From: Octopus sinensis
Lineage: Eukaryota
Length of the DNA: 64,000 bases
Direction of reading: 5' to 3'
Assembly (NCBI RefSeq): GCF_006345805.1
Contig: NC_043011.1
Coordinates: 57,114,464 to 57,178,463, forward strand
Part shown: one piece after another, positions 24,596-37,261 of the stretch
How positions within the stretch are numbered: position 1 is the stretch's first letter
How the letters are laid out: each line of letters begins with the position of its first letter
Notes under the pieces: generated by a model
What the model saw: the letters and a program-made list of their open reading frames with translations, nothing else
What the model was told of the DNA's origin: nothing
The model's database searches: none
Position numbers and translations under genes: made by a program

Positions 24596-25451
24596 AATAT
24601 AGATAGAGATATGTGTATGTGTGTTTGTATATCTTTCCTCGACAGTGTTAGGCCTCACTCATTCGATCCTTGATGGCATCTAGTGTTGGAGTATGGGATG
24701 AGGATGTAGGTGGGGGAAATGATTTATAAAAAAAGTAGACTATAATTGCAAAAGCAGTAGTAGTAGCAGCAGCAGCATCAGTAGCAACAGATGGTCTGAG
24801 TCAAAATTCATTTAGATATATTGTATTTTTTAACTTACTGTAAAATTAGTCAACACTATCAGTTGCAATAGAAGTTTGATATACACACACACGCAGTATA
24901 CACACATACATATTAGGGAGAGAGAGTGGTAAAGATGTTACATTTATTATGCTAACAGAAACTAATAAATAAGCAAAAACAATTATTAAAACAGATCAAT
25001 AGCCAATAGTCTGAATAATTTCATAATAGAAATAGAATTCAGAAATATAAGTTAAAAACAATATTTAAAACAAACTACAACAACAACAACATGCAATAAT
25101 GGCAACATTTTTTTTGTAATTGCTTTAATCGTATTTCAGCTGTAATTCAGCCATATTAAAATATATCATTTTTTGTTGTTGCTGGGTGAAACAGAACCAG
25201 CTTTGCCTCTACAGATTAATATGTCATGTGAAGAAGCTGATCTAGCAAAATGTATTGAGCTGTGGCCATCTTGTTTTCAATGTATGCAGGGCAAGTGGGA
25301 TTTGCATCCCAACACCCGAAAATTCTCTTCAGGGCCAAATTACCAGTCATTTACAGCAGGAATAGAGACCAACAACACTACCTGAATCAACTTGCTATAA
25401 AAGCATGTAGTAATTTTACCTTGTACTTATTCTTAGTGCAAGTTTTGAAGA

Positions 25452-25645
25452 GTGCAGTTCGATTTTAACAGTTATCTTTCCAAAGCTATAGTGGAAGTAA
25501 CAAAGGAGCATATTCAGCATATTTTGCTTTATGAGTTCAATAAAGGCAAGAATGCAATGGAAAATGCAAGGAATATTAATGCAGTATATGGGGATCGGAC
25601 AATAAGCATAAACCTGTGTCAACAGTGGTTCCAGAAATTCCAGAA
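25452..25645 (+). mobile_element. Mariner transposase N-terminal (HTH) fragment
   Basis: MEVTKEHIQHILLYEFNKGKNAMENARNINAVYGDRTISINLCQQWFQKF-type sequence (first codon GTG) matches the mariner/SETMAR HTH1 pattern; truncated. Confidence 0.85.
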
Positions 25646-25669
25646 TAAAAGTGTGTGTATATATATATA

Positions 25670-25800
25670 CAGGGTGTCCCCAAAAAATGTATACAAACCT
25701 TAAATAATTGTAAATTTGTTATTCTTTGTAAGCCTAGTACTTATTCTATCGTTCTCTTTTGCCGAACCACTATGTGTATACATTTTTTTGGGACACCCTG
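25670..25800. mobile_element. Tc1/mariner-type MITE, 131 bp, TA-flanked
   Basis: Near-perfect TIRs cagggtgtcccc(a)aaaaaatgtataca at both ends; TA on both sides. Confidence 0.85.
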
Positions 25801-25860
25801 TATGTATGTATGTATGTATGTATGTATGTATGTATGTATGTATGTATATATATATGTATG

Positions 25861-25893
<33 letters not shown>
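25801..25893. repeat. (TATG)n/(TA)n microsatellite seeded at the MITE TA target site
   Basis: Directly visible. Confidence 0.95.
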
Positions 25894-25897
<4 letters not shown>

Positions 25898-27399
25898 TGT
25901 AATAATTGCCTCACCATGAAATGAAATAAATCACCTGAATTTGAGTGCTAGGTCATCTAATTAATATTAATTAATAGAGAGCCAATAGAATGTGGGTTCT
26001 GAATACATATATATCATGATCATGTGATCCACCAGACTACCAGATGTTATAACATCACTAGTCACAATGCACTTTGCATTGTTTTAGCTTTTGAACGATG
26101 CCACCCTGCTGGCTGGGCAAGCAGGCCAACATTTCCCCACCTGATTGGAAAGCCAGTCTATTACAGGGCTATCTGTCTACAGGTGAGTGAACCGGAGCAA
26201 TGTGAAATGAAGTGTTTTGCAAGAACACAATGCATGACTTGGCCCAGGAATTGAAACCATGTCCTAGTGATTGTGAGTGCAGCATCCAAACCACTAGGCC
26301 ATGCATATTCACAATTATGTATATTCATGCCATCATTGTTGCATTACTGTCTACTTTTCCATGCCTGCATGGGTCAGACAGAGTTTGTTGAGGCAACTTT
26401 CCTACAGCCTGATGTCACTCCTGTCTCCAACCCCTCCCTTGTTTCTACACAATGTAGTATTTCCCTGGCATGTTTTCCATTTTCATGAAAGATAAGAGAT
26501 GAATGGCACTGCTTGTATGAAGGTGACACTAGTTTACAACTATCATACAATGCCACAACAAGTCAAAAACACACACACACACAATGGGCTTCTTTCAGTT
26601 TCCACCTGCCAAATTTCTACTTAAGTTTTTCCACCTAACAAGGTTTTAATTGGCTTGGGGCTATAGTAGGAGACACTCGTCAAAGGAGCCATGCAGTGGT
26701 GTGTCTGTAGAGAGGCAGAACTGAAAAAGCAGGGAACCAACTGGAGAGACACAGAGAAGACATCCCAGCATCAAGAACAGTTATCAATGGCCAATGCTCC
26801 ATAGGGTGAAAAGGGCTGAAGTAGAAATGAAAGACACGGTTGACCTCAGAGGGAATCAAACCCAGCGTGTAGATACTTAAAACACAAACTGTGAAGTGTT
26901 CTATGAAATACTTTAACGATTTTGCCATTTCGTTACATTAGTACCTCATACTTTGATGAATGCAAATCCAACAGATTGGAAGAGATGCAAAAATATTACA
27001 AATGGGTGAAAGTTAATAATTCTTGAAGCATAAACATAATGGATTGTGGAATGTAGGAAATAAAAACAAAATTGGTTTGCAGAATTTAACTGCTTTATTA
27101 GTTTAATTTAAAAAAAAGAAAATTAATTTTTGATTACATCTTACATATTAATAATTTCCTGTAACGTTTTGGCTTTTGTAGTAAGAGTATCACATTCCAT
27201 GACACATGGATACGTCTGAGGCAGTGAGGCTAAATCCAGTGTTGACATGGATACAACAGAGAAAGCGATGCTTTTGGATTGATGCTCTGCAGAGGAGAGC
27301 TTGCAATAATAATAATAATAATAATGTCAACAAATGGATCACCTACAATTGCCCGATACGACTGTGTGTATAAGAGAGATGTGGAGGTAAACTAAGACT

Positions 27400-27580
27400 G
27401 ACACAGATGAGAGAGAGAGAGAGTGAGAGAGAGGGAGGGAGAAAGAGAGAAAGGGGTGGGAGGAGAACGAAGAGACAGTTTCAGCCTATTGCAGCTGGAG
27501 AGAAGTCTGTGTAGGAGTAGGAAAAAAGAATGATATAGAGGGAAGAAAAAGAAACAGAGTGTGTGTGTACACACACACAC
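27400..27580. repeat. GA-rich low-complexity tract plus (GT)n(AC)n
   Basis: Directly visible. Confidence 0.85.
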
Positions 27581-30199
27581 AGAGATTAACAAATGCAAAA
27601 CACAAAAAGAATTAATAAAAATAATAGACAAGCAAAAGCAAGCTCTTCCATCTTTCAGATGCAGGAGAGATGGCCATATAAATAGCAATATGAAAGTGAT
27701 AGTAAGAAAAGTTAACGCAATTTTATATGTTTTTATTAACTATTCAAATGTTGAACATGCCATACAATAAATACGATACTAAATTAAATGGTAAAGATAG
27801 ACAAAGTGAAATTATATGAGACACTAATAATGGCTTTGCAGAAGTCAAGGTTCTGCCAGATTATAAATATACTTTGTCAAAATAAATTACACAGTTGACC
27901 TAGTGTTGAAAATAATACTAATGACATTTTATTGAAGTCATATCTATGTACGTGTGCGTGTCAGCTATGTATCATACTTAAAGTGAATACGTCATTGAAA
28001 GGCAAATTTACTGTGATATTCATCCAGAGATAACATCTCTTATGGATGTTCTGAGTTTAAAGACTACCATCATCTTCACCTTCCCAACTACTCCCACTCA
28101 CTGCTATACATAATGTGTGGTAGCCATGCGTCTCCGTTATATCAAAACACCAATACTTGTCCGTCTGTCCTGCTTAAGCCTTTCAACACTTGGCATGGCC
28201 AAGCACCCCCACCCACCAATTAGCAGCAGGAGCTTTTGTTTTTTTGTTGTTTTCTTGTTCTTTTTCTGTCTTGCAAGTTTGTTGGCAACCATAGTAATGC
28301 TGGTAGCCTGAAAAAAAGGCACCCCATACACATAGTAAACTTGTTGGTGTTAGGAAGGGCACCTAGCTGTAGAAAGCATGTCAAAACCGACACCGGTGCA
28401 CAGTGCGACTTAGCATGTTGAACTATCCAACACATGGAAAATAGAGGTTAAATGATAATGGTGACGATGATGAAAATTGTTCCAGCTGTGGCTAGCAAGA
28501 AAGGTAGATGCATCCTGGCCCTGTTGCACCTTATCAATGACATGTACTTACAGCCAACCACATTTTACACAAAATTTGTTGCTGTGTGTATGTATAGCTA
28601 GGAAACAGCTTTTCTTACAAGCATTTTATATTGAAGACACAACTGTATTCTAAGTTTGATCTTTTCTTAATAAGGATCTGCGATATTTCCATTATGCTTA
28701 GTTGGATCAATAACATTTCGAAACCCATTAAGTCCATTAACAGCGCAAGACTTCCCTGGCCTCATTATCAGAATGAAATGATGCTTTTGACAGCAGGTAG
28801 TCTGCATGCTTATAGCAGTAAATCATGAAAGCCTATGGGGAAAACTGTAAGCTGTTCTAACATCAGATTATATATATTTCTGTAGAAGTAGTTTTGACAG
28901 TAAAAAAATATTTATGATATTCAAGGATATTAGTGGCAAGCAAAAGATTATTAAGGTGTACTCCAAATGGTTGTATGGTAGAGTCCTGGAAAAAGATGAT
29001 GCATATCAACTTTTAAATTGCTAGTTAGACAATGTACTACAATACATAACCAAGTAAAAAAAATAAGGTCAAGGAGCTAAGAATTGCAGTAGTTTTAAAT
29101 GTATTCAGAAGACATTTAATGTCGTGGATAAAACACCAAAGAATACAGGGATACAAAAATGCTGTTCCTTAGCCTTGAATACAGAAAACAGGAGCTCTAT
29201 AATCTATATAGAATACAAACATTCTAATATAGATAAACACCCAAACCATTTGTTTCATTAGAAATAATTAATATTAAGTTTGGCCCATAGTCCCAAGTTA
29301 ACAACAGTAAGCTGCTTGCTGTTAAAACTACTCTCCAACAGACAACAGCACATAATATTTGTAACTTATACAAAATCACGAGAGTTGCATGGCATCTTGC
29401 CTATGTGCTAGGGTCGTGCAAAATTCCTCCCCATTCTATCTTCCTTTAGAAATTGGCTAACTATTTAAGTTATGAGAGCACAGCTGAAATGATGCCTGCC
29501 TCAAAAAGTTCTTTTATTCAATACTAAATATCCATGAGGGCTTGCGGTGAGAAACAGAGAGAGAGAAAAGCCACATCTCCATTTGCTAAGCATGTAAGAA
29601 GAGGAAATGTCAGAAAGAAGAGAAAAAAAAAAAGTCTTATGTTCTTTTAACAAGACAGATTATTCCACTTGCTTCAGATTCTCTTTTTTTTTTTTTTTTT
29701 TTAAGTGAGCTGGAAAAGAGATACTTGTCGAAATGGTTGCCATTAGAGGAGGCATCTAACTGTTTGGTACCTGCTCCAGTTCCAAATACTTGAATGAATT
29801 CTCACCAGCAGAGAAAACTGACATAGAATTCAACCAATGAATGAAGTGGGATGTTATCACTGTTCTTGGCAGAGCAGAGAAAATTTTCCTAAACAAACTC
29901 CCTATCAACTTTTAGATAGGGAGTTTATATTTATCAATCACCATGATACAACATCTATTTTCCATGCATGCATGGGTCAGACAGAATTTGTTGAGGCAGA
30001 TTTTCTATGGCCTGATGCCCTTCCTGTCACCAACCGATGCCCATTTCCAGGCAGGGTAATATTTCCCCATGGCCAGACATTCTTTTCACCTAAGACTGGA
30101 AACTAACAACATCACTTGCATGATGATGCTTGTTTATAACCATCACATGATGTCAAGACAAGTGTACACACACACACACAATCTGTAGTAGTTGATAGT

Positions 30200-30735
30200 T
30201 TGTTACCAGGGAAATCTAAGTAACAACGAAGGACAGTGCTCTGAAAGAATAGCTAACAGAGGAAAAATGTTTAGGGGTTTCTCTCTTCAAAAAGAAAAAG
30301 GACTGCTTGATGCTTGTGCATGAAGTGTGATGCTGCATGGCAACACGAGATGTGGGCACTAAATGTGGAGGATGAACAAAGATTGGAGAGAAATAAAGCA
30401 AGCATGCTCGTCTAGATGTATAATGATAGTATGCGCAAATGGCAGGGTATATATGAGCTGATAGATAAATTAGATACAAGATGAATTAGTTGTGGTGAGC
30501 GAGAATGAAGGTTGAATTGGTACAGGCAAAGATGTGTAAAGAGATGCCAGGACACTTTGGAAGAGGAAGGCTAAGGAAAGATGTGGGGGAAAAATGGTAA
30601 AAACTGATACCAGAATGTTGGACCTCAAAAATGCAATAAATGGCAAGAATCTGTTTGAAAGACCCATGCAAGCACGGAAAAACAGACCTAAATCACAAAG
30701 CCAACCTAAAAGATGACAGACCGAGTCTAAAGTGC
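30200..30735 (+). mobile_element. RTE LINE 3' remnant
   Basis: RLLDACA*SVMLHG..WALNVEDEQRLERNKASML..RLNWY..GHFGRGRLRK..TDTRMLDL..PMQARK resembles the RTE C-terminus. Confidence 0.8.
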
Positions 30736-31253
30736 TGGCCATAAATATTCTTCAGTAGAACTGCTGAGAATATATTCCAGAGAATATTATGAAAAGAAAG
30801 ATGTAACAGTTTATGAATTTAGAGTAAATTTATCAATCTTTTCTCTTTCCCTTTTTATAGTTTCAGTCATTTGACTGTGACCATGCTGGGGCACTGCTTT
30901 CATTAGTTTCAGTTTATTACACTGGATCCAAGACTTTCTCTGATACTTATTCTATTGTTCTAAGATAAAGAAAAAAAGAAAGAGAAATGCCAATTGTACA
31001 TGGCAGAAACAGAGATACCAGTATAACATACACACAACGGGTTTCTTTCAGTTTCCATCTACCAATAGCACTCACAAAGCTTTGGTCAAACGAGGGTTGA
31101 GTTTTTAAAGATTCCTTCTAAACCACATGGACTGCAGTTCCACTTTCAGCACCTGGGGCAACCAAAGCCTTGTGAGTGGATTTGCTAAGTTGGCAGATGA
31201 AAACTAAAAGAAGCCCATCGTGTGTGTGTATGTATATATATATATATATATAT

Positions 31254-31561
31254 ATCACGTGACCATGTGGCCGACCAGGCTATCAGATGTTGCTACACAT
31301 CACTGGTCACAATGCGCTTCGCATTGTTTTCGCCTTCAAATGACGCCACCCCTCTGGCTAAGCGAGCAGGCCAACAGAAGAAAGAGTGAGAGAAAGTTGC
31401 GGCAAAAGAATACAGCAGGGATCGCCACCACCCCCTGCCGGAGCCTCATGGAGCATTAGGTGTTTTCACTCAATAAACACTTACAACGCCTGATCTGGGA
31501 ATCCAAACCGCGATCCTACGACCGCGAGTCCGCTTCCCTAACCACTGGGCCATTGCGCCTC

Positions 31562-31564
<3 letters not shown>
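31254..31564 (-). mobile_element. tRNA-derived SINE, working family D
   Basis: Head gtggaggcgcaatggcccagtggttaggg..gatcgcggtttggattccc with clear A and B boxes; CpG-rich. A close copy lies at 58523-58829(-), with decayed pieces at 26015-26305 and 37325-37375. Confidence 0.88.
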
Positions 31565-31594
<30 letters not shown>

Positions 31595-31761
31595 CATCAC
31601 CATCATCATCATTTAACGTCCGCTTTCCATGCTAGCATGGGTTGGACGGTTCAACTGGAGTCTGGGGAGCCCGAAGGCTGCACCAGGCCAGTCAGATCTG
31701 GCAGTGTTTCTACAGCTGGATGCCCTTCCTAACGCCAACCACTCCGAGAGTGTATACATAC

Positions 31762-31794
<33 letters not shown>

Positions 31795-32201
31795 CGTATG
31801 TATGTAGTGTATATAAGGGGTTATAATCCAAGCTGTGTCCTTGAGAAGCCCATCTGCATGTTCACATTAATCCAATGCATGATGTTTATGTTTTAGTCTA
31901 AATGAGGAATACATAGCAATTGGAATTTCTGGTGAATTCTATTTGCAGAGTAATTACATACCAAAACAAAAGACTGCAAAAATTTGGCATAGTTTTGATT
32001 CCATGTTAAACATGTTTCATTCCAGGATAGGATTTACAAAGGTATGCATGTGGAAAAATATGTATAGAATCTCCTAGCCATAAATCGTGAGTCAAAGATC
32101 GGAAAAATAATATTATTTTCGAATCTATACCTTTGTAACTCTTATCCTTTATGAAGTGTGTGTAACATGGAACTAAAGATTTTCCAATCTTTTGTTTTGA
32201 T

Positions 32202-32233
<32 letters not shown>

Positions 32234-33399
32234 TATATATATAAATATATATATAAAAGGCGCTTGTGCCACTGCCATATAAAAGGTACCTGTGCTGGTG
32301 ACATATCAAAGGCATCCACTACACTCTTGGAATGGTTGGCATTAGGAAGGGCATCCAGCCATAGAAACCAAGCCAAATCAGACTGGAATCTGGTACAGCT
32401 CCAGTCAAACTGTCTAACTCATGCCAGCATAAAAAGCAGATGCTAAAAATGGTTATATATATATATATATATCAATATGACTGTGTGCTTGTGTGTACAT
32501 AAGTGTTTATGTGTACCCTTGTCTGGATATCACACGATGGTTGTAAATGAGCATCACTGTCATACAAGTGAGGTTGGTTGTCTCCAGTCTTCCATGAAAA
32601 ACATGTCCAACAATGGAAAATATTACCTAACTTGAAAACAGATGAGGGTTGGTAACAAGAAGGGCAGCTGGTCATAGAAAATCTGCCTCAATAAATCCTG
32701 TATGACCTACGCAAGCATGGAAAAGAGGACATTAAATGATGATGATGATATATTAGATTTTTTAAAATTCAGTGTAAAACTTAAAATTAAAAACAGGTGA
32801 GAATATAAACATGATTATATAATGGAGGATAGTACAATAACAGATGGAAACAAAAGATTTCCCTTATTGACATCCATACATATTTCTGTGAACTAAAGAA
32901 TGAGCAGTGATTGAGTTGAATGAAATCTGAAGAGTAAGAGAAATTCCTTGAACAAGTTAGCCATCCTATTCTTAAGTAATTAAGTTATTCTTTAAGTTTG
33001 TTTCAAGTCTTCAATAGATGGTCAATACTAATGATCAATTTGTCCAGCTATGTCATCAGTTATTGATTAACAAAAGAATTGGCTTCATGTCATAAGATTG
33101 CTTGGCTTGGAAAAGAAAGAAAAATCAATTCCTATTAGAAGCATGTATCTTCTTCAGATAAAAAAAAAAAACAGAAGACAGATGTTTAGTGTAATCTGCT
33201 GAGTAAGGTATGAAGCACACCCAAATCTGAATGCCAAAACAATAACAACAAAAAGAGCAAGATCTTTGGTCAGTGTTTCAACTATAATGCTCATTTTGGA
33301 GTTTAAAAACTCAGCTTGCCGAAGGGCTCAGTTTATAAAAGAGCTGTTTCAGAAATCCTCCATCCATTTTTGCCACCCATTATTCCAGGGAGGGTAGTA

Positions 33400-33660
33400 G
33401 CAGTAAAGTCCTCAAGCACCTTCTCCATAGGGTCCTAGCAGAAGCAACTGAAATAAAGGTCTCTCTTTGGATCCCTAATCATGGCCAACTGAGACCTGGT
33501 TGACCCCTAGGTCTCCTACCAGTTAGAACCTGTCTGTTGATCCTTTCTTGAGGCATCCTAACCACATGTCTGTAATACCAAAGCTGTGACCTCTCACTGT
33601 GAAGAAATAGTGGCTTGACCTGCAGAGTAAATAAATCATCATGGGTGCAGACCCAATGAC
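33400..33660 (-). mobile_element. RTE/Rex3-like LINE 3' remnant
   Basis: VKPLFLHSERSQLWYYRHVVRMPQERINRQVLTGRRPRGQP resembles EPLLL.IERSQLRWFGHVVRMP.ERL..GRRPRGRP. Confidence 0.8.
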
Positions 33661-34967
33661 CAGTGCACCAAGATGCCCAGTTTAAATGACCACCACAACA
33701 TGATGCTACATTTATAAGGCGTACCATTCAATGTGTCAGTTCACCAGGAAATGAGAGTAAAACAAGAGACCAACATTGGCTCACCATGGCTACAACCAGT
33801 TTGAAACTGGATCAGTGAATTGCTAAGTTTATCTATTTGGTGGAAGAAATGATGGACATTTAGTCTAAGGTGGACAACATCACAGGTTCTCACTTGTATT
33901 TCTATAAATCAGTTGTTTCTTTTATTGCAATCACTGGTTCATAGCATTTACGAGGTGAGACCAAATAAGCATCTTTACGATTCATGCAGATCACATGACA
34001 CACAAGATATTTGTTCAAAGGCATTGGCTAACACTTTCCTTCTCTTTTGATATTTACATCTATACTGGTGAGTGTGTGTGTGGGTGGGCAGTGACTTGCC
34101 AGAACCACTAAAGCAGACCATGTGGTATTTCAATTTGAATTCAAAACTTGCTGAGGGCAACTTTGTCTTTAATCTTTTTTGGTGGGGTTGATAAATATAG
34201 AATCGACCCAGTACTAGAGTTAATTTGTCTCTTTCTGGAGGGGGATCAACTGTGTCCAGAACTGCAGGTGGACTCTGCTATGTCCAAGTGACCCTGCTTA
34301 TTGTTGAGGCTTCATAGTGATAAACCTAGTTCCAGAAAATGATTTTAGAGAAAGAGACACAGAAGCATTGATGAAGCAAGGCTATGGTGGTACACAATTT
34401 CCTAAGGTGCCATGCAGTGGGATTGAACCCAACACCACAAGGCTGTAAAGGAACATCTTAAGCACACAACTAGGATTCACTCTTAACCATGGACTGATGC
34501 ACTTTTTTAATCACAGGAATGCATCTACCTTCTGAGACCACACAACTAAATCTGCACTGAACAACTTATCCAAAGACTAGACACTAATCCGTCTCTCCAG
34601 CTGGTCCTACAAATATTTTTATGAAAACTATCACAAGAAAATGCGCAAAAATTCAGATAACTTTTCTGATGCTGGAGATTATCGAAGTTTCGCTGATGTG
34701 TTTATCATAACACTGCATCAGAATGAATGTTTTTAGTTCAGACGCAGAACCCTCTTTACTCTGGATTATGTTTATATCATGCAGACTGTCTTCATCATCG
34801 TTTAACGTCTGCTTTCCATGCTGGCATGGGTTGGACAGTTTGACTGGGGACTGGCAAGCCAGGAGGCTGCACCAGGCTCCAGTCTGATCTAGCATGTTTC
34901 TCCGAGAGTGTAGTGGGTGATTTTTACGTGCCACTGGAACAGGAGCCAGTCAGGTGGCACTAGTATT

Positions 34968-35140
34968 GACCACGTTTGGATGGTGCTTTTTATGTGCTGC
35001 GGGGACAGGAGCGAGTTGGGGCGGAGAGGCTGGCATCGACCATGTTTGGATGGTGCTTTTTATGTGCTGCGGGCACAGGTGCCAGTTGGGGTGGAGAGGC
35101 TGGCATCGACCATGTTTGGATGGTGCTTTTTACGTGCCAC
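34968..35140. repeat. 70-bp tandem units inside a family A element
   Basis: The unit start gacca(c/t)gtttggatggtgcttttta recurs at 34968, 35038 and 35108. Confidence 0.92.
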
Positions 35141-36390
35141 TGGCATGTAAAAAGTTTAAAAAAAGTTTTAAAAGTTAATACCTTTAGACATAATGAGGAA
35201 CTATTTTTCATCGCTCATTAAGGTTAAGAGAAGAGGTTGCCATATTCAATTTGGTTTTTGTATCTATTCTCACCTATAATCATCAATGTTGGGTACTGAC
35301 GGAAAGAGTTGAATTACGAATACAAGAGGCAAAAACAGGGTTCCTCTGAAGGATTTCTCATGTTATGTTAGTCAATGGGGGTGCATAGCTCAAAGATCAG
35401 GATGTCTTTCCATGTTGACCAGTTACTTCTTGGGCACAGCTCTTGGACTATAGGCATGCGATTAGAATGTCACAGGAAAGAAGCACAAGACTGATTCTTT
35501 AAGCGAAGATAACTGATGGGAGACATAGGAGTACCTTATGTGCAAGATGATTGGATAATGTCCATAATGTCAGTTGGTCATACTTGAGGATTCTACCTTC
35601 ATGACCCTTGCAGGAATAGTGGGCAGAGAAGATGGATGGATGGATTATTGGTTAAATAGATATTTTAAGGGTATGAACAAAACACTAAGTTTAATGTATT
35701 AGTTTATGGATTTCAACAAAAGGAGTTAAAATTCCAAGGATGGCTGCGTGATTAGAGGTTCAACAACCAGGTTTCAAGTTTAGTCCCATTGCAAAAGACT
35801 TATGATAAGTGCCATCTACTATAGCCCAAGACTGACTGATGATTTGTGAGGTAATTTGGTAGATGCATACAGCAGGAACCCATTGTGTGTGTGTGTAAAG
35901 GGTAAAGACCCTTTCGGTCATGAATGACCATGGGATTTTACCTAGAAAGTTCCCTTGGCACAAGCATGACTGTATGATTGAGAAGCTTGCTTCCCGACCA
36001 CATAGTTTTAGGTTCAGTCCCACTGTGTGACATCTTAGGCAAGTGTCTTCAACAACAGCCCTCGGCTGACCACAGCCTTAAGAGTGGATTTGGTAGACAG
36101 AAACTGAAAGAATCCTGTTGTGTATATATGTATGCATGTGAGTAGGTTTGCATTTCCTTGTTTTAACCTCATGTAAATGAATGTCATTCACTTCTAGAGT
36201 TCTGTGAAATGTGAAAACACATCTGGCCATGAGGAAATATTACCTTGCTTGGAAACAGGTAAGGGTTGGTGACAGGAAGGGCATCCGACCATAGTAAAGC
36301 TGCATTAATATACTAACCCATGTAAGTATGGAAAAGTGGATGTTAAAGTGATTATATATAAACATACATGTGTGTGTGAATATACACATA

Positions 36391-37261
36391 GAGGGTGCAA
36401 TGGGTAAATTGTTGCCATTTTATATTTTTTATTTCACACAAGAACATGGTTTCTTTTTGATTTTGTCAACTACACAGTATAGTAGGATCAGTTGTGCACC
36501 ATCTGTGAGAAAAACAACACCATGACACAATTTACTCTGCCAGAAATTTGGAAATGACATGCTGTACTGTTTGGCATTCGCACTGGAATCTCCAATACGA
36601 ACATTTCAGAGTGTCTGGGTGTCAATCTGAGAACATGTACCAAGAGTGATAAAAATCAAACATCCAGTTAACATCATGGTGTTTGGAGTGAACACTAGTG
36701 ATGGCAATGTTATGTCTCCATTCATCTTCCCACATGGCCTCAGTCTCAACACAGAGGCCTGCATCAAGTACCAGGAGGAGGTAGTGCTGCCCTGGGTTAA
36801 GAAGGTGGCTGCTGGAAGACCCGATGTCTGGCAACAGAACTCTGCACCATGCCACACAAGCAGGAGAACCTAGTCATGGCTGTCAGACAATTTCTGCAAC
36901 CACATCACCCCTAACATCTGGCCACCTAACTCCCCAGACTGCAACCCCTTTCATTATTGTGTGGAGCACAGTTGAGAAAGAGACCAACAAAACTCCTTGT
37001 AACCCCAAAGATGAATGAAGGCAAGGACTTTGGCAGCATTTACTAACTTCAACAAGTTGACCGTCCAGAAAAGTTGCAGGAGATTCTGAAGTTGGCTGGA
37101 GGCTGTGGTTGAAGCCAATGGCGATTTTATTGAATAAATTAACTCTTCTTTAGTAATTCAAGATATTTTTATGCAATTTTGGTAAATATGTCAGTTAAAA
37201 TGAGATGTTTGTTATTTTTATATTTATGTAATTTAGACGACAGTTTATTCACCGCACCCAG
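36391..37261 (+). mobile_element. Internally deleted maT-like (DD37D) Tc1/mariner element, 871 bp
   Basis: TA-flanked imperfect TIRs (gagggtgcaatgggtaaattgttgcc and the reverse complement ctgggtgcggtgaataaactgtcgtc). Reads KHPVNIMVFG..WQQ(N)SAPCHTSRRT*SWLSDNF..IWPPNSPDCNPF(H)Y, with 37 residues between the second and third catalytic positions. The N-terminal HTH is fused almost directly to the catalytic half. Confidence 0.88.

Noticed and set aside
25215-25350. Minus-strand WDANPTCPAYIENKMATAQYIL as UBTD exon 2 (WDALKAAA..LAQAII)
   Set aside because: The invariant RDEFWDTAP..EGRKEI block is missing and there is an in-frame stop just upstream.
9395-27248. Exon-like segments (9395, 12141, 27145) as alternative UBTD first exons
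   Set aside because: Their ATG-initiated frames end in phase 2 or 0; the phase-1 frames have stops or no ATG.
31480-31564. tRNA gene
   Set aside because: A and B boxes are present, but there is no proper acceptor or anticodon stem; it continues into a SINE body repeated at 58523-58829.
34917-35221. CRISPR-like array or coding repeat
   Set aside because: The 70-bp units are nearly identical throughout with no unique spacers, sit inside a family A retroposon, and the context is eukaryotic with no cas genes.
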